From Takakia lepidozioides (lineage: Eukaryota > Plantae > Bryophyta): a stretch of 64,000 nucleotides of DNA. The position numbers and the translations under genes are program-made. The notes beneath the pieces are model-generated. The model was not told the DNA's origin and ran no database searches. It was given only the letters and a program-made list of their open reading frames with translations. Shown here piece after piece: positions 11,590 through 24,827 of the stretch; the stretch's first letter is position 1; each line of letters opens with the position of its first letter. Location of the stretch: positions 43,152,001 to 43,216,000 of the forward strand of contig CM060732.1 of the NCBI GenBank assembly GCA_030704615.1, written 5' to 3'.

Positions 11590-13265
11590 AAGAATTGACT
11601 TCAAGCATCGTACTCCACGACACCACATCTCGTTCAGCCATAATATTGAACACTCCATTTGCATCCTGGACGCACCCACATTTTGCAAACATGTCCACCA
11701 CGGTATTGTTCAGAATGACATTTGGTACAATTCCAGCTCTAGCCTCTGAAAATATCGTCATATACCTATTTCCCCTTTTCCAGAGTTGCCAGGGCAATGT
11801 TCATAATGACATTTAGTACCGGTCCCCCGAGTAAATAAAGTTTCATTGTAAATAATAAATTGCATACGCTCGAACGTCACAGATGTCATTTCAACAAAAC
11901 CGGCCGTGTATTGTGGCACTGTTTGTAACTTCGAATGTTTCAATGTTTCTGACAGGGTACTGAGAAAATGATATATTGGCTCCATAAGAGTTAGACAACA
12001 AACGTTCCATATCTCATTCAACTGTGCGACACTACCATGAGTGGCATGGATAAAAAAGTAATAGGTGTACATGCGACCTCCGCACGTTTAAGTAGACCAT
12101 TCGCTGGACCTAGTATCAAACGTTCGGAGGTCGCATGTGCACCTATTATTTTCCGATCCATGCCATTCCACGTCCCTGCTATGCATACCCTACAAGCATC
12201 GCACCACAACTTGTTCAACCATAGTGTTGAACACTCCATTTGCATCCTCAACATACCCACATTTTGCAAACATGTCCACCAAGGTCTAGTTCAAACTCGA
12301 TATTTGGTACAATTCCAGCTTTGAAGATGTCGCCATGGACCTCTTTCCCCTTTTGCAGAGTTGTCATGCCAGTGTTCATAATGACATTTGGTGCAATTCC
12401 AGCTTTGATGATATCCCCATGCACCTCTTTGCCCTTGTCCAGGGCTGGATGCACCCACATTTTGCATACATGTCCACGGGGGTATTGTTCAGAATGACAT
12501 TTGGGACAATTCTAGCTCTGAAGATGTCGCCATGGACCTCTTTCTCCATTTCCAGAGCTGCCATGGCAATGTTCATAATGACATTTGGTACAATTCCAGC
12601 TTTGATGATATCCCCATGCACCTCTTTGTCCTTTTCCAGGGTTGCCAGGCTTGCACAAGCATTGCAAATGTACACAAACATGAATGACATCTGGTGCAAT
12701 TCCCGCTTTGACCTATGTCATCATGGACATCTCTCCTTTTCCAAGCTTGCACCATGGACCATAAGTAATCTGGAGCTTGAAATCCAACCCTCTTAGATGA
12801 ATCTGGACCCACTCCATCATTGCTCATTCAGCTATCACTGCCTCTGCACAAATCATGCATACATCCGTGCCTTACTGCCAATGCAATCATCGAACTCCAC
12901 GATACCACATCTCGTTGAGCCACATTGTCGATCACTACCTTTGCATCTTCAATGCTCGCGCATTCGGCATACATGTCCACTAGGGCAGTGTTCAGAATGA
13001 CATCTGGTACAATTCCAGCGAACACGAGGTCACCATTGACCTCTTGGCTGCCAGGCTTGCACATGCATTAACGCAAACAAACGTGATGTGGTTGGGCTTC
13101 ACCTCCATCCCATGGCCCTGATGTGCATCCTGTGATTATTGCCTTCCATGGTCGTTCGCCATATGGTCAAACAATACCTTTGCATCCTTGATGTTCCCAC
13201 ATTTGACATATATTTTCAACTATAATAGTGCTCAGAGCAGCATCTAGTACAATTCCAGCTTTGGT
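11590..13265 (-). pseudogene. Decayed PLS-class pentatricopeptide repeat (PPR) gene
   Basis: Repeated L/S motifs GKEVHGDIIKAGIVPNVILNTALVDMYAKCG..DA..VFN.MAERDVVSW..M in several frames (ORFs 11588-11797, 12248-12460, 12376-12699, 12828-13064). Many frameshifts and a foreign insert at ~11817-12170. Confidence 0.85.
12042..12168. mobile_element. Small hairpin/MITE-like inverted repeat within the PPR insert
   Basis: TGGCATGGAT..TAATAGGTGTACATGCGACCTCCGCACGTTT pairs with AAACGTTCGGAGGTCGCATGTGCACCTATTA..ATCCATGCCA around a ~30 nt loop. Confidence 0.6.
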
Positions 13266-14640
13266 CTTCATCTTTCCCGCATCACTTGCTCACATCTCTC
13301 CAAAGCCTCTATTTCGAGCGCTCTCTCTCCCAACATTTGGACGAATTTTGATGAAGAATATACTTAATCTTCAACCCTTAGATCCTTTTACATCCGACGA
13401 TTAAAACAACTTGCCAACCAACGAGAGACTAAACCCTAAGGTCTATGAGCCGCACAAAGAACTAAAATATATTAAAATATTCCACGTCATGAGCCACGCA
13501 GAGCACTTACGGAAATTCCATTTTTCAATAGGGTATGCAATGAATGTGGTTTTCTAGTCGTTTCTCCAGTGCTTAAAACCACTTGTAATTGCTGCTTTTT
13601 ATTTTTTTTTCAATTTACATAATTAAATTAAATAGCCGCAATTATTGCAACGACTGCGGACTCATTGACGCAACTTCTATCCGCCATTAGAAATGATTCG
13701 GAAAAACTACGAATGCTTGTGAAGCATGTGTGGCTTTGGTAGAAAATGGATTTGAAATAAGTGGGATTGTAAGAGATGTTGAATGAGTGTTAGGCAAATG
13801 AATCAAAAACACAGTAGAGACGGGAAGGCGAACAATCTAAAATTGACATAGCATGGTAAAGGCTACCCGTATGGAAACCAAATAGACAAACAAAATAGTC
13901 GGCTTGATTTGTGAGCTGTTGCTCCCAGGTGTTCCCTTTTATTTGGAGAAACAAACAAAAAACCTTTAGATCTGCCTTGACGTCAACCCGGTATTCCCTG
14001 CAAATCTTTGACTCCTCCAGAAATTATTTCTTCTTTCGCTCGTCGACTCATCATCCATCGTCCGTAATTGTGAGGTACCATTACGAGCCCGCAGTTTTTT
14101 AAATCCGATCTACACCTAGAAGTGGGCCTGGCGTTGTATGCTTTTTCCCTTCAATAATCTTTTAATAAAGTTTCATCCAGGGCCTTTGTCCCCTGTTCTA
14201 TAAAAGAAAAAGAAAAAAGAAAAAAAGAAAAAAACATAGTGATCAATTGTTTTTTATCTCCCTCAAAAACTGTTGTTGAGGTAATTATCTTTAAAAAAAG
14301 AACATAATGTTACCTCAACAAACTTTATGACACAAAAACTTGAGATTCGACCACAAGTTCTTATGCCATGAAAGCACCATCAATACCACAAGAAATATTG
14401 TAAACCAAACTGATTACAAAGTATATATGCTAAGTAGTACAATATAGTATATACAAGGAACATTGTTGGCCCTACACCCTCCCTCAATGTACATGTGGAT
14501 GTGGCGATCCCTTATAGGTACTGAGCGGAATCTGGCCTGTCCGCTTCAGGATGGCGACAAGTGGCTCCCTCGTGCGGACCCTCTTGGGAAAGATGGGCCC
14601 ACCACATGAATTTTTGGTGAAACCCATCTATTTTCAACCT

Positions 14641-17600
14641 TACTAGGGTAGCTTGTGCCATTGGCCCAAGTATCCAGTGTCATCTATGTCCAAATACAAT
14701 CCCCTATGTATCCAGAGACCCCACTGTTTGGGAGATCTTGGGTAGCCTGTGCCGTTGGCCCAAATGCAATCCCCTATGTATCCAAGAGCGTCTCCTATGT
14801 CGAGGACCAAATGCGACCGTTAGGGTAGCCTGTGCCATTGGCCCAAGTGTCCAGTGTCATCTAAGCCTAAGTGCAAGATCTCCTATGTATCCCAGTTTGT
14901 CGCTTATGTCAAGGCCCAATTGCGACCTCTAGGGTAGCTTTGTGTCGTTGGCCCAAGTGTCCAGTGTCGTCTATGTCCAAGTGCAATCCCCTATGTATCC
15001 AGAGACCCCACTGTTTGGGAGATCTAGGGTAGCCTGTGCCATTGGCTCATGTGTGAAGCATTGAAATCTAAGCCCAAGTGCAATCTCCTATGTATCCAAA
15101 TGCGTCTCCCATGTAGAGGCGCAAATGCGACCTACAGTGTCCAATGTCACATAAGTCCAAGTACTGCAATCCCAAAGCCCACTTTGCTATTTTTTCAATC
15201 TCCCTTGTCGAGGCTTCATATTTTGATATATCCACTTTGCTATTTATCATGAATTTCCAGCGACCAAAAGTACTTGAAATTCCAAATCTCCCACATGAAC
15301 GGCCACTCATTGCTCCAAGAAAGCCCACTTTGCTATTCCTCCCCAATTTCCAGAGACCAAAAATTCTTGAAATTCCATATCCAAGTGCGTCTCCTATGTC
15401 GAGGCCCAAGTGCGACCTCTAGGGTAGCTTGTGCCTTTGGCCCAAGTGTCCATTGTTATCTAAGTCCAAGTGCATCAATATATGAAGCAAGGCATATCTA
15501 ATCATTTTTTTACCACAGAGCCTACGACCAGATTTGAACCGGAGACCTTTCCCTTGATATCTCTCCTATCGAGGCTCCAACCATTGTCCCATGATTGCCC
15601 ACTTTGCTATTTTTTCGTGAATTTCCAGCGACCCAAAGTACTTGAAATTCCACATCTCCCACACCGCAGGTCCAAAAAAACCAGGAAACCAAGCCCATGC
15701 ACCCTCCTTGTCGAGGGCTTTCCAACGTCGGTATCGAGCACCAGCGCCGGGGCCTTGCGGTTTGGGACATCTCAACGCTACAAAACAAAACAAAACAAAA
15801 CAAAACAAACAAACAAACAAACGTCTCGCTTCATATATTGACTAGCCTGGTAGCCTGTGCCGTTGGCCCAAGTGTCCAGTGTCATCTAAGCCCAAGTGTA
15901 ATCTCCTAGTATCCAAGTGCGTCTCATGTGTATCCAAGGGCATCTCCCATGTGCGTCTCCTATGTCGAGGCTCATCTAAGCCCAGTGTGCAATCTCCTAT
16001 GTATCCAAGTAATTCTCCCATGTTAAAGCACGATTTATTTATTTTGTTTTTGTTTTGTTTTGTTTTGGTTTGGTTTTCATGAATTTATTGAGTAGTAATA
16101 TATTCTCCCTGATTTGTTTAAATAAAAGAATAAATAAATAAATAAATATATGTATATTCAATCATTGTTCGAGGAAAACCCACTTTGCTGTTTTTCGGGA
16201 GTTTCCAGCGACCAAAAGTACTTGAAATTCGATCAATATTAGGGTAGCTTGTGCCATTGACCCAAGTGTCCAATGTCATCTATGTCCAAATGCAATCCCC
16301 TATGTATCCAGAGACCCCACTGTTTGGCCCATATGTGAAGATTTGAAATCTAAGCCCAAGTGCAATCTCCTATGTATCCAAGTGCTTCTCCCATGTAGAG
16401 GCCCAAGTGCGACCTCCAATGTCCACTGTCATCTAAGTCCAAGTGCAATCCCCTATGTATCAAAAGACCTACAGTATGGGATATCTCCATGTCATTGCCT
16501 ACTTTGCTATTTTTGCAATCTTCCCTGTCGAGGTTTCATGTATTGTTATATCCACTTTGTTATTTTTCGCGAATTTCCAGCGACCAAAGTACTTGAAATT
16601 CCAAATCTCCCACATGAAGAGCCAATCACTGCTCTAGGAAAGTCCACTTTGCTATTTTTCCCGAATTATGGCTTTCCAACGGCACCAAGCATCGGGGTTG
16701 GGGCCCCACAGTTTGGGAGATCTTGAGCAACGACACTACAAATGTAAATCAAACAAAACAAACGTCTCAATTCATATATTGATATGAGCAAGGTAGTTTG
16801 TTTGTTTGTTTTGGTTTGGTTTTCATGAATCCATTGTTCGAGGAAAGCCCACTTTGCTATTTTTGGGGAATTTCCAGCGACCAAAAGTACTATTCGATCA
16901 AAGATGAAGCAAGGTAATTTTTTTTATTGTTTTGGTTTTCATGAATTTATTGAGAGTAGTAATATATCCAATCAATGTTCGAGGAAAGCCCATTTTGCTT
17001 CATAAATAAAAAAAACCAATTTATTATCCATGAATTTTTTGAGTAGTTATATATCCTATCATTATTGATCTATCTCTGGTCGAGGCTCCAATCGTTGTCC
17101 ATGGAAAGGCCATTTTGCTATTTATCGTGAATTTCCAGCGACCAAAAGTACTTGGAATTCCACATCTCCCACACCGCAGGTCCAAAAATCATGAGACCAA
17201 GTCTGTGCACCCCTCCTCGTCGAGGGCTTTCCAACGGTACCAAGCACCAGAGTTGGGGCCCCGCGGTTTGGGACATCTCAATGCTACAAAACAAAACAAA
17301 ACAAACATACAAACATTGAACAAACAAACGTCTCGCTTCATATATTGACTAGGGTAGCTTGTGCCGTTGGCCCAAGTGTCCAGAGTCATCTAGGTCCAAT
17401 TAAGTGTGCAATCCCCTATGTATCCAACTGTGTTTCCTATGTCGAGGCCCATGTGTGAAGAATTGAAATCTACGACCAAGTGCAATTTCCTATGTGTCGA
17501 AGTGCGTCTCCTATGTCGAGGCCCAAATGCAACCTCTAGGGTAGCCTTTGCCGTTGGTCCAAGTATCCAGTGTCATCTAAGTCCAAGTGCGTCTCCTATG

Positions 17601-17656
17601 TTGAGGCCCAAGTGCGACCTTTAGGGTAGCCTGTGCCGTTGGCCCAAGTGTCCAGT
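14641..17656 (-). repeat. Modular TE-derived repeat family, block 3 (inverted relative to blocks 1-2)
   Basis: CTAGGGTAGCCTGTGCCGTTGGCCCAAGTGTCCAGTGTCATCTAAGCCCAAGTG and TCGAGGGCTTTCCAACGGTAC are reverse complements of the block 1/2 modules. Confidence 0.85.
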
Positions 17657-17830
17657 AACTATGTAGACACGTGCACGCCCGCTGGAGTTAAAACCGAACC
17701 GGGTTGGTACTCTTTCATAGTAAAAGCTTTTTGCTTGGAGGATGATGACACCACTATAAATTATAATGCATTTTACAATGTAAATCTCAATGTGGCGAAC
17801 GTTGCTGGGACTTTGGTGTGGGAGTGTTGA
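17651..17830 (+). pseudogene. Cyanovirin-N homolog (CVNH), second half-repeat with stop codon
   Basis: SSNYVDTCTPAGV..FIVKAFCLEDDDTTINYNAFYNVNLNVANVAGTLVWEC* parallels cyanovirin repeat 2 (PSNFIETC..LAAEC..INLDDHIANIDGTLKYE). It begins exactly at the end of repeat block 3. Confidence 0.65.
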
Positions 17831-20800
17831 TGGGCATTGCATGAATCTGCAGTCAGAGGCAGGCAGATGCTCAAGTGAAGATCCAAGTTCAATCAAACAA
17901 CTAATTATTTAGTATGATGCATGTATCCATGTCGGCGCTCCTATACGAATGCAATCGCATGCTGTTGCATCCATATGCAGCTACAGCTATGAAATTTCGT
18001 TATTTCTTTTTCTGCGTTTAGGGCAATGTGTTTGTGTGTGACGAGGAATCCTGCACACAAACACGCACAAAGGCTGCAAGATAGCATGTTTTCCCTAAAG
18101 GCACAAAAAATGTATGTTTCTTTTTAACCTAGTTAAACTTTGGTTAGTGCTGCTCCGTGCAGCTTTCTCAAATATCAACAAAATAAAACCTGAGAGTGTT
18201 GGGCCCAATGGACAATGATGTCGTATCCATCACGGGCCTCGTGGTTTGAACCGAGTGATTATGGTAACAGTCAGCAACCCCCGAGGAGGTCACTCCTTGT
18301 AAAACTTTGTGACCATCTGCGAATAAAGGGTATATAGTTGGGTTATTATTATTATTATTATTATTGGGTGCCCTTGCATTACACAATTTAATATGGGTCT
18401 TTTATAGACACCACATTTTTGAATTATAAAAATACTAGATTGTTTTATTAACACCCAAATATACTTTAAAATACTATATAAAATTCAATTTGAAGGGAGA
18501 AAATAAAACAGTAGCAGCACATGCACAACAAACAACAAAATACTTGAACTTTATTCAAACGAATATGACTTACTGTCGTTCACTAACAAATTCATTCTAT
18601 GAGTCTGCATCGTTACTATTTAACACATACAAGTTGTTCTCTGCCTGATAAGTTAAAGTATCTACATCTACCCATTTAGAATCAGTACCCATCATATTTG
18701 AACTTAAGATTCCCCGGGCCTTAGTAAACCAATTCAGTAAGACCATTATAGTTGGCTCCGCAGTTGCAACCTTCTTCTTGCTTACCAGTGACTTGTTCAT
18801 GAGGTCAATGGGGTGCCTTGAACCCCCATTTTTCTTCTTCTTACCATATATTCTTTTTAACAAAAATTTGGCAAATAAGTACCCATATGTTTTTTATAAA
18901 TGTGATTTTCATAATACCACCATCTTTTATTAGAATTAAATATTTTCAAATTTTTATTTCTTAAGAATTTGTTGGACCCTATGTTTTATCGCACATGGTT
19001 TGGAATTCATGTATTATGTTCCCATGGATGCCACTCGCGCCACAATGCAAATAGTATAAAAGAAACGTTGCCCTCAATGCCCTTCAGTTTGTCGCTTGTT
19101 GGCTCTGTTCTTGGGAACTATTGTAGAAGGCAACTAGAACTTCTTGTCTGGAAGCACCTTGCCGACTATATTAGATAAGAACATATGAGCGAGCATTTAG
19201 CCTGCCATTTGTCAGAGAGGGAGATACATGGTATATGGGAGTCAAGATCAATGAAGAACTTAGTTTAGTAGTGTAAATCCACTTACAACCTGTTGTAGTA
19301 ATGGATCCTCCCCTTTGTATTAAAAAAAAGAAAAGTAATCGATAATTCTTTGTGCTAATAATGTAGATAGTTTGGCTCCAGTATTTGAAGAATGGGAGTC
19401 CTTGTGGCCATTGCCACTAAATCAAACATGAGATTGCTGATGGAAAGACTTAAAAAGGTTCGAACAAAGAGTTAGACAAGAGAGTTAGTGTAGCAAGCAA
19501 GGACAACCAGTATGTAGCCCAATGGTAATGGCACATACCACGTTGGATGTGGTTGTGGGTTCAAACAACGGTCTGGTGTATCAAGAAGGTGTCCACCTTT
19601 CAGCTGCCTTTCAGCTGGAAGGCAGTAGCCATTGTGATGAAGAGACACCATAAGTTACGCTCCCTTCAGGAGATGTCATACTTATTTACTTTAGGCAAGC
19701 GAATGGGGCAAGAAGTGGATGGATATCCCCCCAAGGACATGTATATTAGAATCAAATTCGAGGCCAGCCACTTACCCAGAAAGAGAGGAAGACTGTGCCG
19801 AAGCAAGCGTAACTTATAGTGTCACTTTACCCTAAAGGCCGACTCTATGGTCAATGTATGTATGGTTGACCACCAAGGTATAGATAAGCCAGCCCAAAAA
19901 CAAATGCAGAACATTTGACATTTCTAGGCTCCTTTGACACTGACTCAAACTAGGACACTTTGGCTTATCTCACGTGGTAGCAGGTTTTGAACCCAGAATC
20001 CTGGGTGCACTATCCAACTAATCTACCGTCCATACTTGACCAGACTCAACTGTAACTCGCTTAGAGTTGGCCCAACCACCCTACTATGTATCCCCATTCC
20101 ATGTGTTATTATTATTATTATTTCCCAGACAATTACACAATTTAAAAAAAAAGGGAATACAATAATTGTAATAATAATAATACAAACAGCACGCCATAGA
20201 GCCTGCAGTGTGAGTCGGGTCAACTTAACTACCGAGACTATCCTATTTTCTCATTTCAATATTAATCGTAACCTAGTTTGTTGGAAAATATTATTTATTT
20301 GAGGAGTTTAACCAATGAGGAGAGTTTTGTACAGGCACTTTTTCTGACAATAAGAAAAGACATCTAATCATCCAGAAGTTGACCATTTTCCATCCATTAA
20401 TTCAGTTTTCGTCCATAAGGATCTCCAGCTGGCAAGGGAGGTGTTATCCAAACAGGGCAGCATTTAGTTAGGTGTGTTCAGTTATGTAGGAAAGGGTTGC
20501 ATTTGTCATTATATATAAATAAATAATTATGATCAATAATAAATTTATTATTATTATTAGAAAAATGGGAGTTCTGGTGACTGAACTACTGATTGTCACA
20601 TTTGTTCAACAGAGCTTAAAAATAATTATCAATAAATTTCTCAAGGGCTACCTACCCTTTCCAAGAAAAACCAAAAATTGAAAAAATTGAAAAAATGAAA
20701 AACGAAATAAATTATAATAATTAAGGGGCTGATTTCTGAGCGGTCGCTCCCGGGTAATTCCCTTAAGAAATAAAGACAATTATGAAATGTTTAGAAAAAT

Positions 20801-21651
20801 AAAGAAAAAGAAATGGTGTGGAGGATCGCACGCGTGAAGGATCGTGGCTGTCGCTTAGGTTTCGCTTGCTCGCCATTGAAGCTTCGCAAATGCTTGCAGG
20901 TCTGCTGTGGAGGTGGTCGATTAGAGACTGATGTAGAGGAGAATGGGTCATGGCTTGCAATTGGGTTGCTAGCAGTAAGGTGTGCATTCACCGCTGTCAG
21001 TACTTGTCCAGTTTTTTTTCATCTCCTTCCTATTCGAATCTTTTCTTAAATCCATCCACCTGCCGAAATTTCTTCTTAGCGATGATCTTCATACGGTTTC
21101 CCAAGGAGGGGAGGAGTTTCTGTATCAATGTCGGAAGCTGGGTGTTACGATACAAGACATGAGTAGGAAGAGGTGAAACGGGAATTTATTCCTCTCTGAA
21201 GTGGCATGGAGTGTATTTGGTAAGTGTCACTTGCTCCTTTGATTTTTTTTCTCACCGCTTCCTTGGTATTTGTGTCTTTCCCAAGCTGAAAGAGCATCCC
21301 AATACTGCCCCAGTCCTTGAGAACACTTCGGACTTGTGAAAGAGGGTTGTAGGTTCGTTCTCTAAATATGAGTAGGGGCATTTCAGCGTACACCAGCTTT
21401 CACAATGTCCTTGATGGTCTTATGTTAGCCTCTCTCGGTCTCCAGATCTTGTTCGTTTTCTGATGCTGTGTATTTGGAGCTACTCAGGTGAGCAGCCTGT
21501 ATTTCCTTTCATCGGAAGGTCAATCACCATGTAATTTTGTCAAAAAGTACTCTGTTTTGTGACTTGTGCGTTGTTGTGTGTGTCTCATGCATGATCTATT
21601 GCGTCTGGCATTTGGACAGAATTAAGAACAGAAAGTAGGAAATTTCGAGAT

Positions 21652-24600
21652 ATGGAGACCAGGATGGAGAACTACCGCTTAACGCACATGGACCAGAAGA
21701 TAGAGGAGCTGTTACAATTCCCTATACACCTTGCTGACCAAGTGAGGAAAGCGGGGGAAGAGGCTGACTCCTTCAAGCAAGACTGTGCCGATCTTAATAG
21801 GAAAGTGGAGGCACTGGCTCTACTTCTACGTCAAGCTGCTCGCTTTTCCAATACCAATTCTGCTGGGCTCTATGAGCGGCCAACGAGACGGATTATGCTG
21901 GACGTCGAAAAGTCACTTGAAAAAGCCTATGGTCTTGTGAAAAAATGCAAAAGGAGTGGCATTCTTAAGAGAGTTATCACCATCACAAATGCTACAGATT
22001 TCAAGAAAGTGAGCCTACTTCTAGAAAGCTCAATTGGGGATGTGAAATGGCTCTTGAATGTTTCAGCCAGTGGGGAGGATCGACCAGAGTATTCAGGGCT
22101 GCCCCCCATTGCATCCACAGACCCTGTTCTGGCATTAGTATGGGAGCAAGTATCAATTGTGCATGTGGGGACCCCAGATGAGAAGGCTGATGGGGCCGTT
22201 TACTTGGGTAACTTGGCCAAAGACAATGATCGGAATGTGAAGATCATAGTCGAGGAAGGTGGGGTGTTACCTTTGTTGCGACTGTTGAAAGAGGGGACAA
22301 CCGCAGGGCAAGAAAATGCTGCCAGAGCTCTAGGCCACCTAGCCAGGGACCAGCAACAAGTGATGGCAATGAGGTCAGATGGAGCCATCAATGTTCTTGT
22401 GCATGTTCTGATGCATGGCTCCATGAAAGTTCAGGTTTGTTTTTCTACTGTTTATTGGTTGCCTGGATATTTGAGACTGTTTTAGGGCCTATTCAAGCAC
22501 TGCTGCTCTCTGCACACATAGTGTCTAGTACTGAATCCCTGTGCATAGAGCCCTAGGTGCTTAAGGAGCTTGTACATACAAGTTTGATTAGTTTGGCATG
22601 GTTGCTAACTAAGGGGAATCCTTTTAAGCCCCTTGTGGTCGGCATTTTTACAGTGTACTCTGACTTTTCTTCTAAAGAGATCGCAGATGTCGTGAGGGAA
22701 GTAGTGTTGATCTTGTGTCTGCTAGAGTATTGCCCAATTTCATGCAATATTGTCGTGAGAAGTTCTATTGCAAGGGCACTCTGTTACAGGTATATGGCAT
22801 CTAGATATTGACAAATCCTTTCATTGGACAATGTGTCCTCATCTAAACTTCTGTGGATTTGATCTCTACTGAATTTTCTGCTAACTGCAGGTGCAAGTTG
22901 CATGGGCATTATCGCGGTTTGCAGCCCAAGATGAAGAAGCACAAGTTGACATTGCACAAGCTGGTGGGATCCGGCAACTGGTGGGCCTCCTAGCACATGA
23001 TACAATTGAGGATGTCAAACTGAATAAAGCTATCAGTATTCATACACTAGTGAAGACTACGATGGATCAGCAGAAGACTGGAGTCGGGGGAAACCGAGGG
23101 GGGCAACCTTGTGATGGGGATCCTGGGATTCCAGAGGCGAAATCAGGGAATTATGGTGACCCTGCCCTAGATAGTGTTTCAAGGAAGCCCAATTCTGCCC
23201 TCACTGTCATGAAAAATTCTTATGATACTCGGGTCAGCCCTGAAAATGGTAGACAGTTGCATTCACTTCGACAGGGTAGCCGGAACCATAGAGACAGAGA
23301 GGATCCAGAGACCAAGGCAAATCTCAAGGCTGAAGCTGCTCGGGCGCTGTGGAAGCTTGCAGAGCGCAACATAAAGAATAGCAAACTTATAACAGACACC
23401 CGGGCACTTCTGTGTTTTGCAAAATTGATTGAAACTGGGGAGGGGGACGTGCAAATGAATTCTGTTTTGGCTGTTATGGAGATAGCAGCAGCGGCAGAGA
23501 ATGATCCGGAATTAAGGAGGGCAGCATTCAAGACAAACTCACCTGCAGCCAAGGCTGTGGTGGAGCAGCTGCTGCGAGTGATTCGAGAAGAGGAGCCTGA
23601 ACTACAGGTTTGTCCTTGTTGTGCGGGGAGAGAAGAGATTGCCATCCTGGTTGTGGTAGCTTTCCAAATAATTTGCTTGTCTAGTGGCATTTATTGCCAG
23701 TTCCAGGGGCCTGCTGGAATGGCCCTGGAAGAGGGGGAACCAGGGGGGTTGTGCCACAATGATAGTCACCTGTTTTCTGATTATAGACACTAATTTTCAG
23801 GGCTTCCGTTTTGAGCTGAGATGAAGTCCTGTAAGTTGGCGATCAAAATTTTGAGCCTATGTTAAGCATGCCTTTGGTTGGTGCAGGACCCTTTGATATA
23901 GCACAAGAAACGGCCTAGACAAAGTTAATTCCCACCATTCTGGTGATAGAGTCGCCAACTAGAGTCGAGGGATTATTTAAGGACTTGCTGAAGTTCTTGT
24001 GTGCAAAGTTGTTCTCATGGTGAGTCAACTTTTCACGAAGTGGACAATGGTTGACTCCCTCTGAGGAGTTTTCAAAGATGCATACGTATATCATGTTAAG
24101 CAAATTAATGTTTTCCATAGGCTTATACCATAATTACCAACATTGTACTCTGGAATTTATCAGAGCCCTTAGATTCTGACAATGATTCCCGGACTCTGGT
24201 GTATGGGGGCCAAAAACTAGAAACAATTTAAAGCTTAACAGCTTTTCATTGCTAGTGGTCAGAAGAGACTTCTAAAGCATGAGAGAGGAAGCTGCCCTAT
24301 CAACGCTATTAGGCTATGCTATCTTGACTAATATCTATCTTTGTGTGCAGGTGCCCTGCACAAAAGCTATAGGCAGCCTTGCACGAATCTTTCCAGCGCC
24401 AGCCACCAGGGTAATTGTGCCTCTGACAACAGTGCTTGGACAGAGCAGGGACTTCAGCGTAGCCGCGGAGGCTGCCGTTGCCCTCTGCAAGTTTGCCCAG
24501 GATGAAAACTACTTGCACTTGGAACATTCAAAGACCATTTTGGATGCAATGGGGGCAGTGCATTTGGTGCAATTGGTAAACCTTGGGGATTCCTACGCAC

Positions 24601-24827
24601 AGCTTCCTGCGCTAAAACTTCTCTGCCAGTTGTCACGCAACGTTCCAGACAGTGATGCACTGGCAAAAGCTATGACCCTGCCAGCATTGGAATGTGTGAG
24701 CCGCACAGTGTCACTGACCCAGAATCCGTCGTTACGGAACCTCCTGAATGATGCAATTGCCAAGCTGGAGCTCTATCAGACAGGTGGGCATGTGCATGGT
24801 CGGGGAATGCCCAATTATGTGCCTTAG
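21652..24827 (+). CDS. ARO: ARMADILLO REPEAT ONLY (ARO)-family protein, ~658 aa; exons 21652-22434, 22891-23607, 24351-24827
   Basis: PI.LADQV.K...A.SFKQDC..L..K...LA.LLRQAAR...LYERPTRRI; GLPPIA..DP.L.L.W..V; REREDP.TKA.LKAEAARALWKLA; AFKTNSPAAKAVVEQLL; NYLHLEHSK.I. All junctions are phase-0 GT-AG and in frame. Confidence 0.92.

Noticed and set aside
6353-17624. Numerous 60-180 aa ORFs in the repeat blocks
   Set aside because: They are translations of the same non-coding modules in all frames, with no domain signal.
6361-17656. Single giant foldback/Pack element capturing the PPR gene
   Set aside because: The arms are not collinear mirror images and no TSD was found. The split CVNH halves are better explained by insertion plus inversion.
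18597-19820. Possible gene or TE fragments (ORFs 18597-18863, 19547-19819)
   Set aside because: No recognisable motif or consistent splice pattern.
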